Shown here: piece after piece, positions 14,488-23,112 of the stretch
How the letters are laid out: every line of letters starts with the position of its first letter
Position numbering within the stretch: position 1 is the first letter of the stretch
Assembly: GCA_946402905.1 (NCBI GenBank)
Contig: CAMIYC010000005.1
Location: forward strand, 46,042 to 110,041
DNA: 64,000 nt
From: an uncultured Prevotellaceae bacterium
Lineage (GTDB): Bacteria; Bacteroidota; Bacteroidia; Bacteroidales; Bacteroidaceae
Direction: 5' to 3'
Translations under genes and position numbers: made by a program
Notes under the pieces: model-generated
Databases searched by the model: none
Told to the model about the DNA's origin: nothing
Seen by the model: only the letters and a program-made list of their open reading frames with translations

Positions 14488-15072
14488 TCACTTGATCGCA
14501 ACCTTCCTCCCGTTCACGATGTAGATGCCCTTCGTGGGGTTGGAGACACGACGGCCCTGAAGGTCGTAGACCACGGTGGTCTGTGGACGGAGACCCGTAG
14601 ACACCTCGCTGATGCCCGTGGCGTCGCTGCCCAGGTTCATGTTGAAGGAGACGGCTGAGTTCGTGCCGTTGGCGGCAGGCTCACCGGCCACAAGGCCGCC
14701 CAGCAGCTCAAAGTAGGCGCGGAACGAGTTCACCTGGAAGTTCGCGTCGGTGGGGTAGTAGAGCGTATTGTTAGCACCCAGGTAGAGCTTGGTCTTTTCT
14801 TTGCTATCCTCGTAGATAATCTCGGGCGAGAAGAGGCCGATGAATTTCACATGAGAGGTGGTTCGAGTGTATGGCGTGTTATTGATGGTTACGCCCGTGA
14901 ACACGGGATCCACGATATTCGAGCCTGATGCCCACTTGATGAGGAAAGGCTGGCCGGCCGGAATCTCCTTGGCTATCGTGAAATCCAGCGTCAGCGTCTT
15001 TGTATCGGCATCGTAGCCAGACCCGGTCAGCGTATCAGGATTTTCAATCCGCTCATCGCATGACAAATTCAT
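14488..15072 (-). pseudogene. 3' fragment of a T9SS-secreted surface protein (C-terminal sorting domain retained, N-terminus lost)
   Basis: It ends ..VVYDLQGRRVSNPTKGIYIVNGRKVAIK, a Por/T9SS CTD signature. Upstream of the ATG at 15072 the reading frame runs through repeat R1 (..GRICKPGQIGRICNSP..). There is no signal peptide. Confidence 0.55.
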
Positions 15073-15229
15073 CGCATTACAAATGCTGATACTCGAAGCG
15101 GGCGAATTGCAAATCCGCCCGATCTGCCCGGGCTTGCAAATCCGCCCGAGCAGCCAGCCCGAGCAGCCAGCCCGATCTTGATAACCAAAAAATTCTTTAA
15201 TTCTTAAATTCTTGATAAAAAAACTACCC
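15073..15229 (-). repeat. Repeat modules R1 (inverted, copy C) plus R3 (AT-rich ..attcttaaattcttgataaaaaaactaccc)
   Basis: gcattacaaatgctgatactcgaagcgggcgaattgcaaatccgccc ... cccgatcttgataacc..; collinear with 21288-21473. Confidence 0.8.
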
Positions 15230-15280
15230 AGTCCAATTCTTAATAAAAAAGATGTCACCAGTCTTCTTGATGACGAAAAG

Positions 15281-15306
15281 CCCCCACAACTTCACAGCTG
15301 TGGGGG
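15281..15306 (-). terminator. Hairpin cccccaca/tgtggggg downstream of the giant-gene operon
   Basis: 8-bp GC stem followed on the minus strand by cttttc. It sits after the 69-aa ORF. Confidence 0.4.
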
Positions 15307-15414
15307 ATCATTGAAGGGAATTAAATTAATGTTTATGAGTTTTTAAGTCGTTGCGTTTCTAAGTTAGTGAGTTGACGAGTAATGAGTCAATGAATTTTCA
15401 TCCTTTATCTCTAC

Positions 15415-15624
15415 TTACTCATCCCAGAGATTGTTCGTGCTCGGAGCGAAAGCCTCGTCGGTATCGTCGTCCCATAAGTCGCTTTCATTGCCCCACATGG
15501 TGACTGCGTATTTAGACCCTCTCTCTATTGGCAGTGTGTCGTCATAAAGAACGGAACCTCTGAGGTGCACGTTCACTACATCTGTAATGGGTTGGATATA
15601 TTGTTTTTTCATTTTCAACTTCAT
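15415..15624 (-). CDS. Small acidic hypothetical protein (65-69 aa)
   Basis: The ORF starts 47 bp downstream of the giant gene's stop. MK(LKMK)KQYIQPITDVVNV.. has an Asp/Trp-rich C-terminus (DLWDDDTDEAFAPSTNNLWDE). The start could be 15624 or 15612. Confidence 0.4.
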   Translation of the reverse strand: MKLKMKKQYIQPITDVVNVHLRGSVLYDDTLPIERGSKYAVTMWGNESDLWDDDTDEAFAPSTNNLWDE

Positions 15625-15670
15625 TTTTTGTTAATATATACAAGTTCGCTTTGCAAGTTGAATAAATGCA

Positions 15671-18600
15671 TCATTTGACAAGCACTTTCTTGCCGTTTAC
15701 GATATAGAGACCGGGCTTTGACGGGAGACCATTCAGCTGCTGGCCGTTCAGGTTGTAGCAGACGGTGGTGCCGCCCTCCACGACCTCTTCCACTTCGGGT
15801 CGCAGAATGCCGTCAGCGTCACTTCCAGTGATGAACACCAGGCTCAGCTTGTCTGCCGAGGCACCGCTTAGCGGGAGGTATGCTTGGTTGCCCGCACTGG
15901 TCACACCCGCGTTGCGCACGGGGAAGAATCCCACGTATTTGATGTCCTTGTCGTTTTCACCATACGTGCCTGTGTCATCCGGATCGTCGGTCACCTGATA
16001 GGTCAGCACATAACTGGTGGAGCTTCCTTCGCTCTTGATCACGGTGCCGGCCTTCAGGACAGCCTTGAGCAGATTGCTGCTGACGTCGGCATCAGACTTC
16101 TGAGTGTCGGCGTGCATGTCGGGCACGAAGAGGTGGAAGCCGCCGTTCAGAATCTCTGCATTGCTGTTCTGAGTGTTGTGGATGGCGTAGGCACAGGATA
16201 CATCAGAAGCGGCAGAAGGCATCACTTTCGTAGCTGCGATTTCTGCCAGCGAGGCCGTCCCGGTCTCCAGGTCTGCTGCCGTCACCGTATAATTCTTAAA
16301 CGGATAGCCTGTCAGATACGAGGTCAGCTCCGTGTCGATCACGTGGTCGCGGCTCTCAGTGGCCCAGCCGTATTTGTTCACGCGCTTCGGGTCTGTCGAC
16401 ACAGAGAGCTTCTTGAGCAAGTAGCCGTCGGGCGAGAGGGTAAGGTCAGACTTGCTGCTGTTGGTGTTCAGCAGGGCCACGATATAGTCGTCAGTGCCTT
16501 CTACAGGATAGATCCTCTTGGTCGCCCCGTCGTCGGAAAGGACAGACAGCTCGTTTTCGCCAAATCGGTATTTGAACGCGGCCTCGTTCGTGGTCTTCGT
16601 CATGCGGAGATACACCGCCGCGTTGGCAGGCACGTTGGGCACCACTACATAAGGACAGGTCATGCCGTCATCGGAAATGCTCAGCTGGCCATTGTTCGCC
16701 GGGTCATTGTCCTCTGTATAGAACCACAGACCACGGGTCTCGGGTATCACCACGCCTTTTGCCCAGATCTGGTTGCCGCCATCCGCCTTCGCTGTCTCAA
16801 AGATGTCGTCCATCGCTTTCGGCTCATCCTGGCTGTTCAGACGCAGGTCATAGCCCGCCGCTGTTTCTTCCCACAACGAGAGGTCGCCGGCTGACTTTTC
16901 ATAAGACGCATCCCAGGTGGCTTTATCTTCAAACCATCCCGGCTTGGTGGGCTCGTAAGGGTCTTGTGCTACATTTTTAAACGCTGTCGCATCCGTGAAG
17001 TCCCAAGTGTATGGATACTGCTGGGTCTCCTGGTAGGCGATGGTCGCATTGTGGTCGGCATAGTCGGCCACATACTTCATGTTCTTCTCCATGTCTTTGC
17101 CGCGCAAGCGGATGGTGCCGATCTCACCATAGGTATGAGGATAGGTGAAGGTGTTGTAGGTGTCTGACGATTCATCGGTATCTGTGACGAGGTCTTTTGT
17201 GATATTGCCCGTCTGGGCGGCGATGTCGTTGTTCACGCCATTCGTACCGTCGGCCAGCTTCTGTTCCTTGCCGAAGTATTTCAGCGTCCAGTTAGAGGCA
17301 TCGCCTATCGTCCCCTCGGCGCCATCGTTGGGATCGGTCTCTTGGGATACCAGCAAGTACTTGTCTCCGCTGGTCGCACCCAAGATCTCGTTGGTGATGA
17401 TGCGGTCGCCGCGGTAGATCTGGATGCCGTAGATCTTGCACATCGAACCGGCAGTCATCGTGAAGACCATGTCGGCAGGACCGCCCTCGTGGCCTTGGGC
17501 GAAGAAGTGATAGCAGCCGCGGTAGTTGTTGTCTCCGTCCTCGCCGTTCCACTGAGAACCGCCCACTATGTATTCGTCATCAGGGCTGATCACATTGTGC
17601 AGGGCATCGTATGCATTCCTGATGTGGAACACGGCCTGGTCGTTGAACGCACCCTTGCCGGTGCCCATGTAGATGATCACACGGTCGTCGGGCCTCAGCC
17701 ATGGGATGCGGAACTCGCCGCCTTTCAAGATGCCTACGTAGCGGTCGGGGTCGTCAGCCGACGCATGGATGTCGGTGCCTTTAAACTCGTTGAACATGAC
17801 GCTCTGGTTGGCACTGGTCTTGAAGACGGTGCCCTCGGTGTCCCAGATCAAGTCGGCGTTGTCGCCCTCCAGGTCGTATTTGTTCGAAAACAGCGGATCG
17901 TACAGCTTGCCGGCATTCACCAGGTTGTAGTTGAACATCCAGTCGGAGTCGCCTCCGGAGATCTCTTCATAGAGCAGTCCTGTGCTAGATGTCGGAAGCG
18001 TAGTGAAGACCTCGTTGGCGCTGCCGTAATTGCTGATGTCTGCGGCAAAGTAATCATCGAAGTAGTGACCGTAGTCCTTGGGCTTGGCATATTTGGAGCC
18101 GGCGGTGAGGTCGTTGGTGAAGACACCATTCTGCGAGGCTGGTGTCTCTGCGGTCCCTCTGGGATTCCATTCCAGACCATGGAGTGACTGGGCGGAGTAG
18201 TCCCAGATATGTCCTCTGGTACCTTCGGCTGCATTCCCGTCAAATTGCGGGTCGGTGCTGTAGGCGATGGTGAGGGTATAGACCGGATTGGTCTTCTCTT
18301 TGGGCTCGCCGATCTTGATCAGGATGGTGCCACCCTTGTCTTTTTCATCGGCAAATCCGATCTGGTCGATCTTCAGCCGCCAGTGATTATACTCTCCCTC
18401 TACATTCACCTTTTCTATATACGGATGGCATTGGGTGATGTTGCCGGCCATCTTTTTGACAGTGATCTTGGTATATTCGTTGTAGCCATAGAGGTCAGCC
18501 AGATAAGTCTCTGGCTCAAATGTGTCGGGATGGGGCACGCTGTTGTTGTCGTCTTTGACGGCTAAAGTACCGTTGGGCACCCATTTGGCCAGCGGGTAAA

Positions 18601-20611
18601 TCTTTTTCTCAGGATTAAACCGCACCTCCAGGAGCCGTGCCACACCGCAGGCATTCTTACCACCACCATTGCCGTCACCGAATGGGAAGTATTCAAGATT
18701 GTTCTGACCCTGGCCGCTGCCTCTGAAATACAAATTGGTATTGTTCCATCCGCCATACAGGTAGTATGTCTCGCCTTTTTTGACGTCGATGTCATTAGGA
18801 AGGAAGCAGTCTTGGCCATTCAGAATGTTGCCGATAGTCGTCACGGTCTTATTTCCGCTTGCATCCACTTTCACCAGATAATACGGACAGGTGACATCTG
18901 CCGTCTGTTCGTTGGGACGATCCCATATCGTCAGCCAGTCGTCGTCGCCGAATTCGCCAAGGTCTCCATAATACACCGCGTCGCCGTCAAGGGCATAGCT
19001 GTAGTAATTCATGCTGACAGCCTGGAACGTGAAGTTCAGCTTGCCGTCTTCCAAGGGCATGAACTTATAGAACGTACCTGTCTCGGGAATGTTGGCGGGG
19101 TTGGCTAAATCGAACTGGAACTTCAGGTTTCCGTTTTCGTCGCGGCTCATGCCGGGAATCTTGTAGCCGTCAACGGCATTCACAATCGACACAGGCCCGT
19201 GTGTGGATGACACGACATGTGCATGCTGTGACGCGTCAGTGCCGCCCACATGCACCTCCAGACCGCCGGGAACAATGTGCTCCTTGGCCTGCAGCTCACC
19301 GGTGATGTCAAATCGTGCCGTGTAGCTGTCGGCATCATACTCGTCCACCATCGAAGCCTGGTGGTCGCTCCAGATCTTGAATTTCACAATGCGGGTGTCG
19401 GGGGCGATGGCAATGTCCAGATGCCCGTCTTCTGTGATGACGTACGATTGTGTGTAGTAGAGGACTACCCATTTCCCCTGAGGCTCTCCAGCGTCGTTAT
19501 ACCATACTCCTCCGTCGCCGTTGTGGTCCTCCTGGTAGATAGGGCCTTCAGGACGGTTCCAGTCTAACACTGGATTGGCTGCAGACGTGATGTAGATGTC
19601 TTCGCCTGCGTCGAAAGTGCCGTCGTTGTATAGGTCGGCAAATGCTTTGCTGCCGTCGTAAGAGCCGTTTTCATCAGAACTGGAGAATCTGGGAGGCGTT
19701 CCGGTATAAGAAAAGAGCACACGGTCGCCTTCTTTCAGGTTGCAGACACTCAGGTTGGCCCATTGACCGCTACTGTTTGCCGGAGCGCGCAGACCAAAGT
19801 TGAAGCGCCAGGTGCCGGCCGACGGGTCGATGGCTATACGGTTGTTGGCCGTTATCTTGGAGTTGGAAAGCACCATGTATTGGGCTGGGTGACCATTCAG
19901 CGTGATACCTGTAGGCTCATCGGAAAGGGTATAGGTGGTGTGGTATGTGCTATTGGTGAGTTGATGATTGTCGTTATATTCTTTGTGAGGGTCATTCTGG
20001 CTGAACTCATCATACATGTCATACTCCTCGTAGCCGGGGTCGTAGTCGAAGTGGGGATACTCTCTTATTTGCGACTCTATGGTGATCTTGCGCAGACCGG
20101 AATAACGGTTGAAGAATTGAAGGGTAAGCGTCGAGTTGTTGTTCGTATTTGTGATAGTGAATGTATGAGAGGGGTTGTTGGCATCAAACGACATGTTGCC
20201 GCTGTAATCTGTATTGTCTGATACAACTACACAGCCACCGTTGTTGTCGCCGCTTTCGCCCCAGACGGTTACCACATCGCCTACTTTCATGCCAGAGATA
20301 TAGACATTGGCACTGCGATTGTTGTCTCTTTTCTGGAGGTAGGTTTCATTAAAAGTGTTACTTCCATAAAATTGCCAGTCATCGGTGGATGCTACTGTGA
20401 GGCGGTCTGATACCACCTGACCATTAATTTGTGGATGTCTGCCATTATCAAAACTGAGGGTCGCATTGGAGGGACGACCTGAGCCGCCATATACCGAGAA
20501 GTCAATGGTTACGGTCTCCGTCTTCACGATGGCGCGCTTCTGTGCCAGGACATTGTTTCCCAGCAAACTGCTTAGTACTGAAAGTACAACAAAGGTAAAT
20601 AATCTTGTCAT
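15671..20611 (-). CDS. 1647-aa secreted surface protein with a T9SS C-terminal sorting domain; no other domain recognised
   Basis: Signal peptide MTRLFTFVVLSVLSSLLGNNVLAQ from the ATG at 20611. The C-terminus is ..CYNLNGQQLNGLPSKPGLYIVNGKKVLVK. Confidence 0.8.
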   Translation of the reverse strand: MTRLFTFVVLSVLSSLLGNNVLAQKRAIVKTETVTIDFSVYGGSGRPSNATLSFDNGRHPQINGQVVSDRLTVASTDDWQFYGSNTFNETYLQKRDNNRSANVYISGMKVGDVVTVWGESGDNNGGCVVVSDNTDYSGNMSFDANNPSHTFTITNTNNNSTLTLQFFNRYSGLRKITIESQIREYPHFDYDPGYEEYDMYDEFSQNDPHKEYNDNHQLTNSTYHTTYTLSDEPTGITLNGHPAQYMVLSNSKITANNRIAIDPSAGTWRFNFGLRAPANSSGQWANLSVCNLKEGDRVLFSYTGTPPRFSSSDENGSYDGSKAFADLYNDGTFDAGEDIYITSAANPVLDWNRPEGPIYQEDHNGDGGVWYNDAGEPQGKWVVLYYTQSYVITEDGHLDIAIAPDTRIVKFKIWSDHQASMVDEYDADSYTARFDITGELQAKEHIVPGGLEVHVGGTDASQHAHVVSSTHGPVSIVNAVDGYKIPGMSRDENGNLKFQFDLANPANIPETGTFYKFMPLEDGKLNFTFQAVSMNYYSYALDGDAVYYGDLGEFGDDDWLTIWDRPNEQTADVTCPYYLVKVDASGNKTVTTIGNILNGQDCFLPNDIDVKKGETYYLYGGWNNTNLYFRGSGQGQNNLEYFPFGDGNGGGKNACGVARLLEVRFNPEKKIYPLAKWVPNGTLAVKDDNNSVPHPDTFEPETYLADLYGYNEYTKITVKKMAGNITQCHPYIEKVNVEGEYNHWRLKIDQIGFADEKDKGGTILIKIGEPKEKTNPVYTLTIAYSTDPQFDGNAAEGTRGHIWDYSAQSLHGLEWNPRGTAETPASQNGVFTNDLTAGSKYAKPKDYGHYFDDYFAADISNYGSANEVFTTLPTSSTGLLYEEISGGDSDWMFNYNLVNAGKLYDPLFSNKYDLEGDNADLIWDTEGTVFKTSANQSVMFNEFKGTDIHASADDPDRYVGILKGGEFRIPWLRPDDRVIIYMGTGKGAFNDQAVFHIRNAYDALHNVISPDDEYIVGGSQWNGEDGDNNYRGCYHFFAQGHEGGPADMVFTMTAGSMCKIYGIQIYRGDRIITNEILGATSGDKYLLVSQETDPNDGAEGTIGDASNWTLKYFGKEQKLADGTNGVNNDIAAQTGNITKDLVTDTDESSDTYNTFTYPHTYGEIGTIRLRGKDMEKNMKYVADYADHNATIAYQETQQYPYTWDFTDATAFKNVAQDPYEPTKPGWFEDKATWDASYEKSAGDLSLWEETAAGYDLRLNSQDEPKAMDDIFETAKADGGNQIWAKGVVIPETRGLWFYTEDNDPANNGQLSISDDGMTCPYVVVPNVPANAAVYLRMTKTTNEAAFKYRFGENELSVLSDDGATKRIYPVEGTDDYIVALLNTNSSKSDLTLSPDGYLLKKLSVSTDPKRVNKYGWATESRDHVIDTELTSYLTGYPFKNYTVTAADLETGTASLAEIAATKVMPSAASDVSCAYAIHNTQNSNAEILNGGFHLFVPDMHADTQKSDADVSSNLLKAVLKAGTVIKSEGSSTSYVLTYQVTDDPDDTGTYGENDKDIKYVGFFPVRNAGVTSAGNQAYLPLSGASADKLSLVFITGSDADGILRPEVEEVVEGGTTVCYNLNGQQLNGLPSKPGLYIVNGKKVLVK

Positions 20612-20958
20612 TTTTGTACTTTGAGAGTTAAAAAGTTTAAATAAGTTTGTAAAGAATAACTGATTGTAGAAGAGTAGATGACATAGTGTCAAATGATTAC
20701 ATTTTACGTCTTAGTTTAGTTAAAATAAAATTGTTTTATAGACAAATACGCTGAATTTATAGATAATGTGGCTAATTAAATGCAACTTGAACTGCTGATG
20801 TTACATCACGGAGCAAAAGTGCATCTTTTTGAAAAAAATAATGGGAATTCAAGGAATAAAACCTTGTAAAGCAGAGATCTACAGCAGTTTACGTACTGCT
20901 TGAGCTATATTACAGTGTGAAAAATGATATAATATCAAGTTAATTACAAAAACTTTTT

Positions 20959-20966
20959 CAAAGATA
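20959..20966 (-). promoter_or_regulatory. Candidate -7 box (TAtcTTTG on the minus strand)
   Basis: This is the only TAnnTTTG match I found in the AT-rich 20612-21190 spacer. It implies a leader of about 340 nt. Confidence 0.3.
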
Positions 20967-21204
20967 GCGGTTTTCTTTGAAAAAAGCAAACAATACGTGA
21001 ATATTAGATATAATATTAACAAAAATAAGGACTTTTTTGCCGTTGTTAATACTTTGTAGACATAATATCAGATATGAATACATATCCTATACACTTTAAG
21101 CAACATTTTTTATGGTTCGCATAAAGTTTTTATCATGCACACCTCCGAGACAAAGGCAAGGAGCGGATAATAGGACGGGCGTATATGGTAATTGAAAAGT
21201 GTAT

Positions 21205-21473
21205 CTCGCTCATCGGGATTTGCACCCTTGCTCATCGGGATTTGCAATCCCGATGTCATCGAATATCAGGATTTTCAATCCGCTTATCGCATTACAAATG
21301 CTGATACTCAATGCGGGCGGATTGCAAATCCGCCCGAGCTTCCCCCGATCTGCAAATCCGCCCGATCTTCCCCCGATCTGCAAATCCGCACGATCTTCCC
21401 CGATCTGCAAATCCGCCCGATCTTGATAACCCAATATTCTTAAATTCTATAATTCTTGATAAAAAAACTACCC
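21205..21473 (-). repeat. Repeat modules R1 (inverted, copy D, core 21288-21338) plus a 27/28-bp tandem (21344-21424) plus R3
   Basis: Multiple gatttgcaaatc-type palindromes. Three copies of gatctgcaaatccgcccgatcttcccc start at 21347, 21375 and 21402. These are followed by ..attcttaaattctataattcttgataaaaaaactaccc. Confidence 0.85.
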
Positions 21474-21477
21474 TTCG

Positions 21478-21600
21478 CAATTTTGAAAGATTTTTAGCGT
21501 AGTCAACTCTGGGAACGCGGGCGTCCTCGCCCGCATCTGCGGCGGGCGAGGACGCCCGCGTTCCCAGGCAAAGTAGTGAAATAACAGCTTAGTTATATAG
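21478..21600 (+). repeat. Repeat module R2, copy D, with a perfect 26-bp-arm hairpin at 21509-21567; truncated at ..ttatatag by the IS insertion
   Basis: Aligns with 10476-10597. The sequences diverge exactly after ttatatag. Confidence 0.85.
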
Positions 21601-23112
21601 ATTTCTAAGACAAAACCAAGAATGGGATGTTTAATAAATGTTAAAGATCTCCGTTTCCTTTATTTTTAGGCTTGAGACAACGGTTTTGCTGTAGCGAAAT
21701 GGACTGTAATTCCGTTTTCGTTACAAAAAACGATGCGGTCTTGTTCTTTTAATAAAAGTGCTATTCTTGATTTCTAATTAGTGAACCGCATCCGCCTGTT
21801 GAGCGAGACCTACATTGGCAGGAGGCACTCCTGCGTTAGTTCACCCGCTCTTCGGTGCTATGTTTGTCCGCCTGAACCTGCCTCTGCCTCTGTTGCATCA
21901 CGGTGAAGTTCTTGTGCTGCTTGGCAACTGAGAACATCTGCCTGATAAGCTTAAACTTGATGGCATTCAGGGCCTTTCTTTGTACGTCCTTGTCGTTTGG
22001 TTTTCCTCCTAATTTACGTTCATAACATTGTGCCATCTCAAAATCGAATTCAACGGCCCGCAGTGCAGCCATCGACAGGTCGGCTTTCGCCTGGAGGTCG
22101 GCGTGCGGTGAGGGACGTCGCCGCCATCGTACACTTGTGCCTGATGAGTGTTCCGAGGGTGCCACGCCCACATACTTCGCATATTGCCTTGCGGTTTCAA
22201 ACGCCGTGAAGTTCTGAGTGTTGGCTATTGTGTTGATGGCATTGACAGGCCCGATGCCGGGGATGGTCAGCAGGCGCGTGTACGTCAGGTATATCTCCTC
22301 GTCGGACTTCACGATTTCTGCCATCTGCTGCTCTGTCAGCCCTATCTGCTCACTGAAGAGGTCAATGGCCTTCTGCAGGCGCTTCTGCTCCTGCTTCGAC
22401 TTGGCGACCTTCTGGCGGTTCTCGCAGGCCACTCGCTGCTGCACATAGAACTTGCGCTCGCTCTTCAGTGCCTTCAGCTCCTGCATGGCCTTCGACGGCA
22501 GTTGACGCAGCTTGATGCACTCCGTGTCGTTGAAGCGGAACAGGTAGTCGGCAATCTTGGCAGAGTCCGTCTTGTCGTTTTTGTCGCGTGTTCCGCGCTG
22601 GTAGTGCTTCACCACCGTAGTGGGCAGCATGGTGTAGCTGATCTGCTTCCTGGTGAGGAACCGCTCCAGCCCATCGGAGTAATAGCCTGTGAACTCCAGA
22701 CCGAAAAGCGCATCCTTCGGCTTCACGCCCTGCTCCTTTGACCATCTGAGCAGGTCCTTGAAGCCCTGCCTGTCGTTCCTCACCTGGATGTGGGGAAACC
22801 GATTAATCACTTCGCCAGACAGGAAAATCGATGCGTCCAGCGTCTTTTTCGAGACATCAATGCCAATAAACCGAATAAAATTCATACCTTTGCGGCGTTT
22901 AAAGTTATGGGAGGGGCTGCGTGCAGGGCCGTAAGCCAAATCTTTTAAAGGCGTGTTTCGGGCACGTCAATTCTCTGACAGGTACTGCGGCCGCGTACAA
23001 CAGCGGAGGAGACTAAATCGACACAAAGAGCTTTGTCTAAGGAAAAGAAAGTTCACTACCTCCGCCCGGCTCCTCTCCTTTTCGTTGAAAAGCGGGTGCA
23101 AAGGTAGTGAAA
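21601..23112 (-). mobile_element. IS110-family insertion sequence 1 (boundaries approximate)
   Basis: Contains a DEDD/Tnp_20 transposase gene, about 235 bp of 3' non-coding end and about 220 bp of 5' non-coding end. No terminal inverted repeats are seen, as expected for IS110. Confidence 0.6.
21836..22885 (-). CDS. IS110-family transposase/recombinase
   Basis: MNFIRFIGIDVSKKTLD.., ..FGLEFTGYY.., ..KNDKTDSAKIA.. (DEDD RuvC-like). C-terminal IPGIGPVNAINTIA and SEHSSGTSVR (Tnp_20). Start at the ATG at 22885. Confidence 0.9.
   Translation of the reverse strand: MNFIRFIGIDVSKKTLDASIFLSGEVINRFPHIQVRNDRQGFKDLLRWSKEQGVKPKDALFGLEFTGYYSDGLERFLTRKQISYTMLPTTVVKHYQRGTRDKNDKTDSAKIADYLFRFNDTECIKLRQLPSKAMQELKALKSERKFYVQQRVACENRQKVAKSKQEQKRLQKAIDLFSEQIGLTEQQMAEIVKSDEEIYLTYTRLLTIPGIGPVNAINTIANTQNFTAFETARQYAKYVGVAPSEHSSGTSVRWRRRPSPHADLQAKADLSMAALRAVEFDFEMAQCYERKLGGKPNDKDVQRKALNAIKFKLIRQMFSVAKQHKNFTVMQQRQRQVQADKHSTEERVN

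Noticed and set aside
15415-15624. The 69-aa ORF considered as a RiPP or bacteriocin precursor
   Set aside because: It has no Cys/Ser/Thr-rich core and no GG leader. No maturation enzyme or transporter gene is nearby, so only a generic 'small accessory ORF' call is supportable.
21192-21502. Cluster of 60-85-aa ORFs on both strands, and a possible CRISPR-like array
   Set aside because: The ORFs merely translate the R1 palindromes. The 27/28-bp units are contiguous with no spacers, only three copies are present and no cas genes are nearby, so this is not a CRISPR.
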